Assembly: GCA_021296535.1 (NCBI GenBank) | Contig: JAGWAG010000001.1 | Location: 94,528 to 158,527 of the forward strand | Direction of reading: 5' to 3' | Length of the DNA stretch: 64,000 nucleotides | DNA from: Acidobacteriota bacterium | GTDB taxonomy: Bacteria > Acidobacteriota > Thermoanaerobaculia > Multivoradales > Multivoraceae | Shown here: positions 47,032 through 57,827 of the stretch, piece after piece | Position numbering within the stretch: the stretch's first letter is position 1 | Layout: each line of letters starts with the position of its first letter | Position numbers and translations under genes: made by a program | The notes under the pieces: generated by a model | Database searches by the model: none | Told to the model about the DNA's origin: nothing | What the model saw: the letters and a program-made list of their open reading frames with translations, nothing else

Positions 47032-48900
47032 CTACGAGGCGGCGGCCGCCGCCCGGCGCTGGCGCGCCGACGGATCGATCGCGGCCAGGAGTTCCTCGCG
47101 GCCGACATGCTGACCCTTCATCACGTCCTGGGCCGTGCTGTACTTCAGCGCGTCGTCGTTGTGCCACAGCTCGTGGAAGAGCTGCTTCACCCGCCGCCGC
47201 GACATGCGGCAGAACAGGTCGCAAAGCGCCGCCGACCGGGCGGCCGAGTCGGTGCCGTTCTGCGCCTCGCCGTGGGCCCGCGAGATCGAAGCGGCCATGG
47301 CGAAGAGTTCGTTGACCACGTCCACGAGCCGGAACAGGAACATTTGGCGACGCTCCATCTTCTCGCGGTAGACGAGCATGCCGTGGAAGCTCTCGCGCGC
47401 CAGCTTGCGCGCCGCGCGATCGATGAAGCGGAGGTGCCGGGCGTGGCGGCCATACCCGACGTAACGCGGCCAACGACCCCACGCCAGCCACCGGGTCGGA
47501 TACCACCAGGCGTAGAAGAGGCCGATCTTCGGCAGCGCCGCCAGCTTGGTGCCGAAGCCGGCACGCTTGTCGATCAGGGCACCCGCGACCTGAAGGTGCT
47601 TGTCCACCGCCTCGCGGGCCATGATCAGGTGCATGATCTCGCTCGAGCCCTCGAAGATGCGGTTGATCCGGAAGTCGCGCATCATTCGCTCGATGCCGAC
47701 CGGGTCCTCGCCGCGGTCGCGCAGCGAGGACTCCGTCTCGTAGCCGCGGCCGCCCCGCACCTGCATCGTCTCGTCGATGATCTGCCAGCCGCGCCAGGTG
47801 TTCCACTCCTTGCAGGCCGCGCTCTCGAGCCGCAGGTCGAGCTTCTTGTTGTTCGACATGTGGCTGGCCAGCTTGACGATCGCCTCCATGGCGAAGCCGT
47901 AGGCCGCGATGTCCGAGATCTTCTGCGCGATCGCCTCGTGCTTGCCGATCGGCACGCCCCACTGAACCCGGCTGCTGCTGAACTCGCGCACCGCCCTCAG
48001 GCAGTACTTGGCGGCGCCGACCGAGCTGTTGGGGATCGACAGGCGCCCGTCATTCAACGTGGTCAGGGCGATCTTGAGACCCTTGCCCTCCTTGCCGATC
48101 AGGTTCTCCTTCGGCACCCTCACGTTGTCGAACTGGATGATTCCATTGGCGAGGGCCCTGAGCCCCATGAAGTGGCAGCGGCGCTCCACCGTGACCCCTT
48201 CCCAGTCCGTTTCCACGACGAAGGAGCTGATCTTCTCCGTCGCGGGGTCCATCGCCATGACCACCAGGAGGCCGGCCTTGGTGCCGTTCGTGCACCACAG
48301 CTTGGTGCCGTTGAGCAGGTAGAAGTCGCCGTCGAGCACTGCCGTAGTCGACAGGCGCGCAGGATCGGAGCCCACCTCGTGCTCGGTCAGGGCGAAGGCG
48401 GAGATTTCGCCGGAGGCGCAGCGCGGCAGGTACTTCCGCTTGAGCTCCTCGGTGCCGAACAGATTGAGCGGCTGCGGTACGCCGATCGACTGGTGAGCCG
48501 ACAGCAGAGCCGTCAGGTTGCCGTCGAAGGCGCCGATCAGCTCCATGACCTGGGCGTACTCGACCTGGTCGAAGCCGAGCCCCCCGTACTCCGTCGGGAT
48601 CTTCATGCCGAAGGCGCCAAGCCTGGCGAGACCGTCGAGCACGTGGTCCGGGTAGTCCTCCGAGGCGTCGATCTCGATCGGATCGACCTCGTCCCGGAGA
48701 AAGTCGCTGAGCGCCGAGTAGAAGGACTCGAACTCCGGGCGCCACTCGTCCCGCGTGGGATAGGGGTTGATCAGGTCGAAGCGGAAGTTGCCAAGGAACA
48801 TCTCCTTCATGAAGGACGGGTTCTTCCACTCCTTCTGGCGGGATGCTTCGGCGACCGCACGGGCCTTCTCTTCGCTCACTCGAACCTGTTGCTGGCTCAT
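47032..48900 (-). CDS. acyl-CoA dehydrogenase, long form (FadE/ACAD9-like)
   Basis: 622 aa; ..GFDQVEYAQVMELIG..LTEHEVGSDPARLSTTA.. ACAD middle/C domains. Confidence 0.8.
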   Translation of the reverse strand: MSQQQVRVSEEKARAVAEASRQKEWKNPSFMKEMFLGNFRFDLINPYPTRDEWRPEFESFYSALSDFLRDEVDPIEIDASEDYPDHVLDGLARLGAFGMKIPTEYGGLGFDQVEYAQVMELIGAFDGNLTALLSAHQSIGVPQPLNLFGTEELKRKYLPRCASGEISAFALTEHEVGSDPARLSTTAVLDGDFYLLNGTKLWCTNGTKAGLLVVMAMDPATEKISSFVVETDWEGVTVERRCHFMGLRALANGIIQFDNVRVPKENLIGKEGKGLKIALTTLNDGRLSIPNSSVGAAKYCLRAVREFSSSRVQWGVPIGKHEAIAQKISDIAAYGFAMEAIVKLASHMSNNKKLDLRLESAACKEWNTWRGWQIIDETMQVRGGRGYETESSLRDRGEDPVGIERMMRDFRINRIFEGSSEIMHLIMAREAVDKHLQVAGALIDKRAGFGTKLAALPKIGLFYAWWYPTRWLAWGRWPRYVGYGRHARHLRFIDRAARKLARESFHGMLVYREKMERRQMFLFRLVDVVNELFAMAASISRAHGEAQNGTDSAARSAALCDLFCRMSRRRVKQLFHELWHNDDALKYSTAQDVMKGQHVGREELLAAIDPSARQRRAAAAAS

Positions 48901-49008
48901 CGACGGATCTCCTGTGGCCGACTGGGCTCCTGTTGGATGCAGACTGGCAAGGGTTCGTCCCGACGCGCGGGGACGGGCGCATTGTACCCGGCCGCGACCG
49001 CCACCGCC

Positions 49009-50562
49009 CTACGTGCTTTCCCTCTCGCCCCAGGCGCCGCCGCCCGGTGTTTCGAGCACCAGGAGGTCTCCCGGCTCGACATCGGCCTGATCGACGGAGG
49101 CCAGTTCCCGGACCCCGCCGGAGGCACGCAGGATGCGGGCGCGGCCAACGGTTCCGCTCGCGCCGCCGAGGACGCCGAACGGCCGCTCCACGCGGTGCTG
49201 CCCGAGCACCGACACCTGCTGCCGGGTCAGGAACCGCAACTCGCGCCGAAGACCGTCGCCGCCCGGAAACTTCCCGGCCCCGCCCGAGCCCGGCCGCAGG
49301 CTGAATCGCTCGAGACGCACCGGATAGCGGTGCTCCAGCACTTCAGGGTCGGTGATCCGCGTATTCGTCATGTGCGTGTGGACGCCGCTGGCCCCGGCGA
49401 ACCCGGGACCGGCGCCGGCGCCCCCGCCGACCGTCTCGTAGTAGCCGAAGCCGTCGTCGCCGAACAGCGTGTTGTTCATCGTGCCCTGTCCGCAGGCACA
49501 GAGTCCCAGCGCCCGGATCAGCGTGTCGACCACCCGCTGGCTCGTCTCGACGTTGCCCCCCACGACCGCAGGGCAGCGCTTCGGGTCGGCCGGGAACTCG
49601 GGATTCAGCATGCCGCGCGGAATCTCGATCTCGACCGGTTCGAGCAACCCCTCGTTGAGCTGCAGCGGCACTCCGATGAGCAGCCGCAGAACGTAGATCG
49701 TGGCGCTCCGGACGATCGCCGGCGTCGCGTTCAGGTTGCCCGGGTGGACCGGGGCACTGCCGGTGAAGTCGATTCGCGCCGACCCGCGCTCGATCGTCAC
49801 CTCGACTTCGATCGGCGAACCGTCGTCCAGCCGCTCGAGAGCGTGAAAGGACTGGCGTCCCGCGCTCCGCACGTGTTCCTCGAGGGCGACCTCCATCCGG
49901 TCGGCGGCGCGCGAGTAGAGCGCCGTCATGTAGCGGCGCACTTCGTCCTCGCCGTGATCGGCAGCGAGTTGCCGTAGCGCGGCCACTCCACGCCGGTTGG
50001 CCGCAACCGCCGCGCCGAGATCGGCGAGATTCTCCGCCACCGACCGGGACGGCGACGGCCCGCGGCTCAGCAGCGCCTCCATCCGCTCCCACCGAGGCTC
50101 GCCGGCTTGCACCAGGAGTTGCGGCGCGATGACGACGCCCTCCTCGGCCAGGTTGGCGGCCTTCGGCGGCATCGACCCGGGACGAATGCCGCCCAGTTCG
50201 GCGTGGTGGGCCCGGTTGGCGACGTAGCCGAGCAGCCGGCCGTCGACGTGGGCCGGAGCGATGACGGTGATGTCCGGCAGGTGGGACCCGCCGTAGCCCG
50301 GGTGGTTCGTGACCGCCACATCGCCCGGCCCGAGCTCGAGCTCGGCGGCGAGGCCGCGCACGCACTCGCCAAGGGCGCCCAGGTGGACCGGAATGTGGGG
50401 CGCATTGACCAGCAGACGCCCACCGGCATCGAGCAGGCCGCACGAGAAGTCGAGCCGCTCCTTCACGTTCACCGACATCGCCGTCCGCTGGAGCATCACG
50501 CCCATCTCGGACGCGATCGCAGCGAACCGGTTACTGAACAGCTCAAGCCGGACGGGGTCCAT
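49009..50562 (-). CDS. hydantoinase B / oxoprolinase family protein (HyuB-like), no adjacent HyuA
   Basis: MDPVRLELFSNRFAAIASEMGVMLQRTAMSVNVKERLDFSCGLLDAGGRLL.. HyuB N-terminus. Confidence 0.8.
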   Translation of the reverse strand: MDPVRLELFSNRFAAIASEMGVMLQRTAMSVNVKERLDFSCGLLDAGGRLLVNAPHIPVHLGALGECVRGLAAELELGPGDVAVTNHPGYGGSHLPDITVIAPAHVDGRLLGYVANRAHHAELGGIRPGSMPPKAANLAEEGVVIAPQLLVQAGEPRWERMEALLSRGPSPSRSVAENLADLGAAVAANRRGVAALRQLAADHGEDEVRRYMTALYSRAADRMEVALEEHVRSAGRQSFHALERLDDGSPIEVEVTIERGSARIDFTGSAPVHPGNLNATPAIVRSATIYVLRLLIGVPLQLNEGLLEPVEIEIPRGMLNPEFPADPKRCPAVVGGNVETSQRVVDTLIRALGLCACGQGTMNNTLFGDDGFGYYETVGGGAGAGPGFAGASGVHTHMTNTRITDPEVLEHRYPVRLERFSLRPGSGGAGKFPGGDGLRRELRFLTRQQVSVLGQHRVERPFGVLGGASGTVGRARILRASGGVRELASVDQADVEPGDLLVLETPGGGAWGEREST

Positions 50563-50638
50563 CGGGCGCAGTCTACGCCGGGGCCTCAGGACTCGCTAAG
50601 GTACCGCTTCCACGTCCTCCGAGACCTCAGGAGCCGCC

Positions 50639-52261
50639 ATGACCGACAGCACGATGATGGACTTCCCGTTGACGATCCGCATGATCTTCGATCACGGCCG
50701 CCGGGTCTACGCGGACAGCCGCGTGATCACCTGCCAGGCGGACGGCGCGCGGGTCGGCACCTATGCCGAGGTCGCGGGCCACGCCGCGCAGCTCGCCCAC
50801 GCGCTGAAGGGCCTCGGCATCAAACCGGGCGACCGCGTCGGTACCTTCGCGTGGAACAACCAGGAGCACATGGAGGCCTACTTCGCCATCCCGTGCATGG
50901 GCGCCGTCCTCCACACCCTGAACATCCGGCTGTTCCCGGAGCAGTTGACCTACGTGACGAACCACGCGGAGGACCGCATAGTACTCGTCGACGATTCCCT
51001 CATCCCGCTGCTGGCCCAGGTCGCCGCCGACCTGACCACCGTGGAGCACTTCATCGTGGTCGGCGACGGCGACGCCTCGCCACTCGCCGCGGGCGGGGCG
51101 GCCATCCACCGGTACGACGACCTTCTCGAAGGCCAGCCGACCACCTTCGACTGGCCCGAGATCGACGAGCGGGCCGCCTGCGCCATGTGCTACACGAGCG
51201 GCACGACCGGGAACCCGAAAGGCGTCGCCTACAGCCACCGGTCCTCCTTCCTGCACGCGCTCGGCGTCGCCTCGGGCGGCGCACTGGGCATCAGCCAGCA
51301 GGACAGCATCCTGGCCATCGTGCCGATGTTCCACGCGAACGCCTGGGGCCTGCCCCACGTCGGCTGGTTCACCGGCGCCGACTTCGTGATGCCCGACCGT
51401 TTCCTGCAGGCCGAGCCCCTGTGCCGGATCATCGCCGAGCACCGGCCGACTCTCTCCGGGGCTGTGCCGACGATCTGGAACGACGTCCTTCGCTACTCGG
51501 AGAACCACGAGGTCGACTTCTCCTCGTTCCGTGCCGTTTTGTGCGGCGGCTCGGCCGTGCCGCGGTCCCTGATCGAAGGGTTCCGCGACCGCTTCGGCGT
51601 CGACATCATCCAGGGCTGGGGCATGACCGAGACCTCGCCCCTCGCGGCGATGGCGATTCCCCCGCGCGGCACGCCCCGGGAGGAAGAGGTCGACTGGCGG
51701 GTAAAGACCGGCCGCATCATCTCCGGCGTCGAGATCCGGATCACGAACGATGCCGGCGAGGTCATGCCCTGGGACGGCACGGCGGTCGGCGAGATCGAGA
51801 TCCGCGGGCCCTGGATCACCGGTTCCTACTACCTCGACGACGACCCCGAGAAGTTCCACGACGGCTGGCTGCGGACCGGCGACGTCGCCTCGATCGACCC
51901 CCACGGCTTCCTCCAGATCACCGACCGGGCCAAGGACGTGATCAAGTCCGGCGGCGAGTGGATCTCCTCCGTCGACCTCGAGAACGAGCTGATGGGCCAC
52001 CCGGCGGTCGCCGAAGCCGCCGTCGTCGGCGTGCCGGACGACCGCTGGGACGAGCGGCCCCTCGCCTGCGTGGTGCTCAGCGACGGCGCTGAGGCGGACC
52101 CCGGCGAACTCAGGAGCTACCTGGCCGACCGCGTCGCCCGCTGGTGGGTCCCCGAGCGCTGGACCTTCATCGACGAGGTCCCGAAGACCAGCGTCGGCAA
52201 GTTCGACAAGAAGGTCCTGCGGGCCCGCTACGGGGAGGGCGAGCTTGACGTTCTGAGCTAA
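50639..52261 (+). CDS. AMP-dependent acyl-CoA synthetase/ligase (fatty-acid-CoA ligase family)
   Basis: ..[19 protein letters not shown].. AMP-binding motif; ..[35 protein letters not shown].. Confidence 0.85.
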   Translation: MTDSTMMDFPLTIRMIFDHGRRVYADSRVITCQADGARVGTYAEVAGHAAQLAHALKGLGIKPGDRVGTFAWNNQEHMEAYFAIPCMGAVLHTLNIRLFPEQLTYVTNHAEDRIVLVDDSLIPLLAQVAADLTTVEHFIVVGDGDASPLAAGGAAIHRYDDLLEGQPTTFDWPEIDERAACAMCYTSGTTGNPKGVAYSHRSSFLHALGVASGGALGISQQDSILAIVPMFHANAWGLPHVGWFTGADFVMPDRFLQAEPLCRIIAEHRPTLSGAVPTIWNDVLRYSENHEVDFSSFRAVLCGGSAVPRSLIEGFRDRFGVDIIQGWGMTETSPLAAMAIPPRGTPREEEVDWRVKTGRIISGVEIRITNDAGEVMPWDGTAVGEIEIRGPWITGSYYLDDDPEKFHDGWLRTGDVASIDPHGFLQITDRAKDVIKSGGEWISSVDLENELMGHPAVAEAAVVGVPDDRWDERPLACVVLSDGAEADPGELRSYLADRVARWWVPERWTFIDEVPKTSVGKFDKKVLRARYGEGELDVLS

Positions 52262-52380
52262 GGGGCACTCGCAGCGAGAGCGCCCCCGTAGGGAACTGGC
52301 CGCCGACTGGGTGCGCCGGCGTCCCCGCCGGCTTCTGGGAAAGGCGCGTCGCGAAGCGACGACCATGCTGTGACGCCAGG

Positions 52381-53244
52381 TCAGTCCGACGACACTCCCA
52401 GGTGCTCGTTGAACCAGGCGACCAGTGCGCTCGAGGCGCGCTCGCCGTCCTCGCCGCGGAAACCGTGGGCGGCGCCCTCGATCACGATCAGCTCGGAGGT
52501 CACGCTCGCCTCGTCGAAGGCGGCCTTGATCCGCTCGCTGTTGCTGATCGGCACGAGCGCGTCCTGGTCGCCGTGAATCAGCAGCGTCGGTGGATCGTCC
52601 TCGCTGACGAACAGGACGGGTGAGATAGCGGCAGCTTTCTCCGCGTCGAAATCGAGCGCCGGGAAGCGCTCGTTCGGACCGGTCAACCCCTGCAGGTCGA
52701 CCGGCGGGAAGTAGGCGACGACCGCCGCGACGCGGTTGCCGGTCTGCTCGATCGGATCGTTGCTGCCTGAGTTCCCCTCGTCCGAGGCGTTCCCGAGCAT
52801 CAGGGACAGGTGGCCGCCGGCGCTGCCGCCGGTGACGCCCAGTCGGTCGGCGTCGACGCCGAAGTCGTCCGCGTTGAGCCGGATGTAACGGACCGCGCGG
52901 CGCACGTCCGCGACCGCCTCCGGCACCTTGAACAACGGGGCCGAGCCGTGGCGGACCATGAAGACGGCGTAACCGTTGTCCAGGAGATCGCCGATCGCGC
53001 CGAACCGGCGGCCCTCGCCCGACACGATCCCGTGCGGGTCGGACCAGCGTGAGAACCAACCGCCGCTGACCATGAACAGTACGCCGGCGCCGTTCTGGTC
53101 CGCGGGCACAAGTGCATCGAAGGTCAGGGCCATGCCCATCTTGTGGCCGTAGACCACGTCGGCGTGGACCTTGGCTTCCGAGCCGGCCGACAACGGTGCG
53201 GCAAGCAGGGCGGCGGCGAGCAGGATGGCGAGTACGTGCTTCAT
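52381..53244 (-). CDS. secreted alpha/beta hydrolase (esterase/lipase-type)
   Basis: signal peptide MKHVLAILLAAALLAAPLSA; ..GVTGGSAGGHLSLMLG.. GxSxG nucleophile elbow. Confidence 0.75.
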   Translation of the reverse strand: MKHVLAILLAAALLAAPLSAGSEAKVHADVVYGHKMGMALTFDALVPADQNGAGVLFMVSGGWFSRWSDPHGIVSGEGRRFGAIGDLLDNGYAVFMVRHGSAPLFKVPEAVADVRRAVRYIRLNADDFGVDADRLGVTGGSAGGHLSLMLGNASDEGNSGSNDPIEQTGNRVAAVVAYFPPVDLQGLTGPNERFPALDFDAEKAAAISPVLFVSEDDPPTLLIHGDQDALVPISNSERIKAAFDEASVTSELIVIEGAAHGFRGEDGERASSALVAWFNEHLGVSSD

Positions 53245-53295
53245 GTTGAGTTCTCCTCTGGCTGCTGCGGTGACTGAACTGTCATTATCCGGCTG

Positions 53296-54972
53296 CTACG
53301 GCCGCGCTCCTCCCGCCGTCTCCTGCGGCGGCACTTCGGGCTTCATCCGTTCGGCGGCAACCATATCCGCCACGTCGGCGAGCAGCTTCTTCGCGTCGAA
53401 GACGATGCCATCCTTGATCGTGTAGCGCACGCCGCCGACGCGCTCGGGGCGGCCGGTGTCGTCGTTGAGGCGGACCGCGCCGGTGCCGTAGAGCACCTTG
53501 AGGTTCGCGACCGGGTTCTCGCCGACGACCAGGAGATCGGCCAGCATGCCTTCGCGCACGATGCCGAACTCCATCTCGGCGCCGCTCGCCCGGGTCAGCT
53601 CCTCGGCGCCGTACATCGTCGCCGAGCGGATCACCTCCAGCGGATGGAAGCCGGCCTCCTGGAGGAGTTCGAGTTCCAGGATCGTGCCGAAGCCGTAGGT
53701 CTGGTAGATGAACCCGGAGTCCGAACCGATCGTGACCCGGCCGCCGCGGTTCTTGTACTCGTTCAGGAACTGCATCCACACCCGGTAGAAGTTCTTCCAC
53801 GCCACCTCGTCCCAGGTCGTCCAGTCGTACCAGTACGAACCGTGGTCCAGGCGGCTGGGAGCGTAGAACTCGGCCAGGGTGGGCAAGGTGTAGTCGGCGT
53901 GCCAGTCCGCGTTGCGCGCCCGCATCACGTCGCGGCCAGCCGAGTAGATCGTCATCGTCGGGTTGACGAAGAAGTCGAGTTCCAGGAACTCGTCGAGCAG
54001 GGCGTTCCAGCGCTCGCCGCCGGGCTCGACCAAGCTCCACTGGCGGGCCACCTGGCCGAAGCGGAACTGCTCGTCCATGTAGTTCATCTCCGCAGGCCAG
54101 GGCTGGACATCGGCGCCGTCATACATCGACTCGAACAGGCCGTAGAAGTGGGTCATCCCGACCAGGCCGAGCCGCGCGGCGTCGAGGGCGTTCATCTGCG
54201 CCACGCCCATCTGGTCGAGGTGGGCGGTCGATCCCATTCCCAGGCTGCCGGCCTCGTCGATCAACGCCGCCATGATCTTCGGCGGATAGGCGCCGAGCTT
54301 CAGTCCCTCAACGCCCTTCTCGTGCGCGTAGCGGACCCACTCCCGCGCATCGGCGGGGGTGCGGATGTCCCGGTCCTTCCACTCCTTGCCGCCGCCGGGA
54401 CGCTGGTAGGAGACGATGCGCGGCGCGGTGATCTCGTTCCTCTCGCTGCGCGCCTTCTCACTCAGGTCCCATTCCAGCGGCCCGGTCGGCACGCCGCGAA
54501 CGGTCGTGATGCCGTGCGCCAGCCAGAGCTTGTAAACGTACTCTGCCGTCGGCGCCTTTGGCACCCCACCGGTGTGGACGTGGAGATCGACCAGGCCCGG
54601 CAGCACGTACGAGCCGCTGAGATCGAGTTCGACATCGGCATCCTTCGGTCGCTTGCTCTCGTCGATCTCGGTGTTGGCCATGCCGAGGCTCTTGATCTCT
54701 TCGATCCGGTTGCCCTCGATCACGATGTCGACCGGCCCCATCGGCGGCGCGCCGGTGCCGTCGACGACGGTCACGCCGCGCAGGATCAGGCGGTCGAAGG
54801 GACCTTGGCCCTCGTCGTCCGGGCGCGGCGGCGCCGGCTCGACGAGCTTCGGCTCTTCCTCTTCCGCGGCCGCGCCAGCGACACCAGGAGCTACGACCCC
54901 CGAAAGCAGAGCCACGAGAGCGACGAAGCTGACCGGAGCGCAGTTCAAGGCATCAAGGATCCGTCTGGACAC
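53296..54972 (-). CDS. secreted metal-dependent amidohydrolase family protein
   Basis: signal peptide; ..LPGLVDLHVHTGG.. HxH metal motif. Confidence 0.75.
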   Translation of the reverse strand: MSRRILDALNCAPVSFVALVALLSGVVAPGVAGAAAEEEEPKLVEPAPPRPDDEGQGPFDRLILRGVTVVDGTGAPPMGPVDIVIEGNRIEEIKSLGMANTEIDESKRPKDADVELDLSGSYVLPGLVDLHVHTGGVPKAPTAEYVYKLWLAHGITTVRGVPTGPLEWDLSEKARSERNEITAPRIVSYQRPGGGKEWKDRDIRTPADAREWVRYAHEKGVEGLKLGAYPPKIMAALIDEAGSLGMGSTAHLDQMGVAQMNALDAARLGLVGMTHFYGLFESMYDGADVQPWPAEMNYMDEQFRFGQVARQWSLVEPGGERWNALLDEFLELDFFVNPTMTIYSAGRDVMRARNADWHADYTLPTLAEFYAPSRLDHGSYWYDWTTWDEVAWKNFYRVWMQFLNEYKNRGGRVTIGSDSGFIYQTYGFGTILELELLQEAGFHPLEVIRSATMYGAEELTRASGAEMEFGIVREGMLADLLVVGENPVANLKVLYGTGAVRLNDDTGRPERVGGVRYTIKDGIVFDAKKLLADVADMVAAERMKPEVPPQETAGGARP

Positions 54973-55033
54973 GTTCCCCTCCTAAACAGAAAGACCGAGC
55001 GGCCGAAGCTATCGCGCCGCCCCGGTTCGAGAC

Positions 55034-56038
55034 TCACGACAGGGATGGACGATCGCCGGAATCCACGACCGCGCTCAGATAGAGCAGCGCCTGACCGGGC
55101 TGGGGCGCCTGGACGAGGAGGCCGTGGGTGGCGGCAAGCACGTCCCGGCGGCTGATCTGCCCGGCCAGCCTGCGGCCCCGGAGCACCGGCAGCCGGCGGT
55201 ACGGAGTGCTCTTGAAGATACGCGCGATGGTCAGAAGGTCCGTGTCCTCGGAGATCGTGCGCGCCTTGCGGTCCATGAAGGCGGACGCGTCCGTGGAGTC
55301 GAGTTCGAAGTCCCCGGACTCGCCTTCCTCATCCGGCTCCGACAGATCCTCCAGGCCGAGTTCACTGCTGCGCTCGCGCAGAATCGAGCGCCGGCCGTCG
55401 AGAGCCGATGTCAGGTGGTGGGACGCCGCGAGCACGTCCCGGCGGCTGACCTGGCCTACAAGCGTGTCGTCCCGGACCACCGGCAGGCGCCGATACTCCG
55501 TATCGAGAAAGCGCTGGGCGATCTCGAGCAGGGGCTCGGAACCGTCGATCACGCGACCGAAGTCGCTGTTCATGAAGGCGTCGACCGGAGCCGCCGGCAA
55601 CTGGTCATATGCCAGCCCGAGCAGGACGTCCATCGAGAACTTCTCCGAGAAGACCCCCAGCAGCCTGCCGTCGCTGTCGACCACCGGCGCGCCCGAAATC
55701 CGGTTCTTGAGCAGCAGGGCGATCGCGTCGAGAGCCGACATGCCGGCCTTGAGTTTCACGAGGCGTGTCGCCATGAAGTCCTGTGCCCGGGTACGGCGGC
55801 TCCGCGCCAGCCCCCGTTCGTCGGCGGCGCGGGCGGTCACGGTAAGCACGGTGAGGCAGCTCTTCTCCGACAGCATGCCGAGGTAGCGGTGCCGGTCGCC
55901 GATCACCGGCGCGCCCGTGATGCGATGCCGCAGCAGCGCCGCGATGCCGTCGTAGACGTGGGTGCGCGGATGCACCGTGACCAGCTTGGTCACCATGATG
56001 TCCCGCGCGAGTTTCGGCCGGTCGATCGTTCTTTCCAT
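55034..56038 (-). CDS. CBS-domain protein (four CBS domains)
   Basis: repeated ..RDIMVTKLVTVHP.. / ..GAPVIGDRHRYLGMLSEK.. CBS units. Confidence 0.75.
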   Translation of the reverse strand: MERTIDRPKLARDIMVTKLVTVHPRTHVYDGIAALLRHRITGAPVIGDRHRYLGMLSEKSCLTVLTVTARAADERGLARSRRTRAQDFMATRLVKLKAGMSALDAIALLLKNRISGAPVVDSDGRLLGVFSEKFSMDVLLGLAYDQLPAAPVDAFMNSDFGRVIDGSEPLLEIAQRFLDTEYRRLPVVRDDTLVGQVSRRDVLAASHHLTSALDGRRSILRERSSELGLEDLSEPDEEGESGDFELDSTDASAFMDRKARTISEDTDLLTIARIFKSTPYRRLPVLRGRRLAGQISRRDVLAATHGLLVQAPQPGQALLYLSAVVDSGDRPSLS

Positions 56039-56154
56039 CGGAACCCCTGATCGTAGCAGCGGCGGAGCCGGCCTGGAGCCCCCCGCCCAGCCGGGGCTGG
56101 TAGGCTCACCCGTTCCCGCTCATCCCAGTTCACCAGCAAGTCGAGGGAGAACCC

Positions 56155-57471
56155 ATGACTCGTGCCGCCACGCTGCCCCGCCTGCTGACCGCCCTCCTTG
56201 CGGTCGCTTTCCTGAGCCTCGCTTTCGTCGCCTGCGACCAGACCCGGGCCGATGTCCCGGTCCAGGGTCCCCGCGACCTGGCGCGCGTGGCGCCCGAAGA
56301 GGTCGGCATGTCGAGCGACCGGCTAGAGCGCCTGAACGGCGCGATGCAGCGCCTCGTCGACGACGGCCTCCTCGCCGGAATCACGACGATGATCTCCCGC
56401 CACGGCAAGGTCGCCCACTTCGGCACGTTCGGACACCAGAACATCGAGGACGGCGTCGAGATGAGCGAGGACACGATCTTCCGCATCTACTCGATGACGA
56501 AGCCGATCACCGGCGTCGCGCTGATGATCCTCTACGAAGAGGGCGAGTTCCGCCTCTCCGACCCGGTCCACCGGTACATCCCCGAGTTCGAGGGCCTCGT
56601 CGTCGCCAAGGAGGACGGGCCGAACGGCCAGCCGATCACCGAGCCGGCCGACCACCCGATGACCATCCGCGAGCTGATGGCGCACACCGCCGGCCTCAGC
56701 TACGGCATCTTCTCGCAGTCCCAGGTCGACGCTCTCTACAACGAGGCGAACGTCCTCGACAACGACTCGACCCTCAAGAACATGATCGACAAGCTGTCGA
56801 AGATCCCGTTGCGCCAGCAGCCCGGATCGATGTGGCACTACAGCGTCGCCGTCGACGTCCAGGGCTACCTCGTCGAGGTCCTCTCCGGCCAACGCTTCGA
56901 CGAATTCCTGAACGAGCGCATCTTCGGCCCCCTGGGCATGAACGACACGGCCTTCCACGTCGCCGCAGACAAGGCGGACCGCTTCTCCCAGGTCTACACC
57001 CACGACGCGGATGGCAACCTGATGGCCCAGGAGGGCTTCGGCGGCCGCCGCGACTACCTCGACCCGCCGAACTTCCTGTCCGGCGGCGGCGGCCTGGTCT
57101 CGACCACGATGGACTACATGCGCTTCAGCCAGATGCTGCTCAACGGCGGCGAGCTGGACGGCGTCCGCATCCTCGCCCCCTCGACCGTCAAGCTGATGCA
57201 CCTTAACCACCTGCCCCGCGAACTCAAGGAGATGTCCCCGGGCACCGGCTTCGGCCTCGACTTCGCCGTCGTCCTCGACCCCGTCGCCGCTGACGGCATC
57301 TCCAAGGGCGAGTACTACTGGGGCGGCGCCGCCGGCACCTGGTTCTGGATCGACCCCAAGGAAGACCTCGTCTTCGTCGGCATGATCCAGCACTTCGGAC
57401 CGCGACGGCCGGACGTTCGGTCGCTGAGCCGCCGTCTCACCTACCAGGCAATCCTCGAACCCGCCTCGTAA
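56155..57471 (+). CDS. beta-lactamase-related serine hydrolase (class C/esterase EstB-like), probable lipoprotein
   Basis: lipobox LAFVAC; ..IFRIYSMTKPITGVALMIL.. SxxK; YSV; ..WGGAAGTWFWIDP.. Confidence 0.8.
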   Translation: MTRAATLPRLLTALLAVAFLSLAFVACDQTRADVPVQGPRDLARVAPEEVGMSSDRLERLNGAMQRLVDDGLLAGITTMISRHGKVAHFGTFGHQNIEDGVEMSEDTIFRIYSMTKPITGVALMILYEEGEFRLSDPVHRYIPEFEGLVVAKEDGPNGQPITEPADHPMTIRELMAHTAGLSYGIFSQSQVDALYNEANVLDNDSTLKNMIDKLSKIPLRQQPGSMWHYSVAVDVQGYLVEVLSGQRFDEFLNERIFGPLGMNDTAFHVAADKADRFSQVYTHDADGNLMAQEGFGGRRDYLDPPNFLSGGGGLVSTTMDYMRFSQMLLNGGELDGVRILAPSTVKLMHLNHLPRELKEMSPGTGFGLDFAVVLDPVAADGISKGEYYWGGAAGTWFWIDPKEDLVFVGMIQHFGPRRPDVRSLSRRLTYQAILEPAS

Positions 57472-57494
57472 GCAGGCGGGCAGCGTCCGCCCAA

Positions 57495-57827
57495 CATTCG
57501 ATAACCCGGGATCCGGTCTTCGAGGCTGGTCATCGGCTGGGGCCAGGGCCCGGTTCGTCGCCGCGGCCCACTCGTGCCGCCAATGCTTGAGGAGTGCGCG
57601 GTCGTTCGGGTGCCGCCGTCGTGGTAGGCCACCTCGGCGACCATGCCGCGATTGACGCACTGCTCTGAGACGAAGTCGCGCACGAGCTGGCGCCGCTGGT
57701 CGGGCAGAAGCTCCTTCGGCAGGGCAACGACGATCTCGGGGGCAACCTGGGAGTTCTTGCGCGTCTCGGCCGACTCGACACTTCCGCACGGAGCGCCGGA
57801 CTGGCGGAGAATCCGGCCGGAAGCGAC
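57495..57827 (-). pseudogene. remnant of a MobA/MobL-family relaxase (truncated at N-terminus, internally frameshifted)
   Basis: ..VESAETRKNSQVAPEIVVALPKELLPDQRRQLVRDFVSEQCVNRGMVAEVAYHDGG.. then in another frame ..PNDRALLKHWRHEWAAATNRALA.. ; matches MobA_MobL core (E.ALPRELs..q...L.r.Fv...F...Gm.ad.aiH.d...NPHaH...W...wa...N.aL). Confidence 0.55.

Noticed and set aside
44595-47108. Single 837-aa ORF spanning ribF and much of rimO, which looks like a fusion
   Set aside because: The rimO coding frame is that of ORF 45545..47962. The 44595..47108 frame is only meaningful in its last 316 codons (RibF). These are two genes with a TGATG junction.
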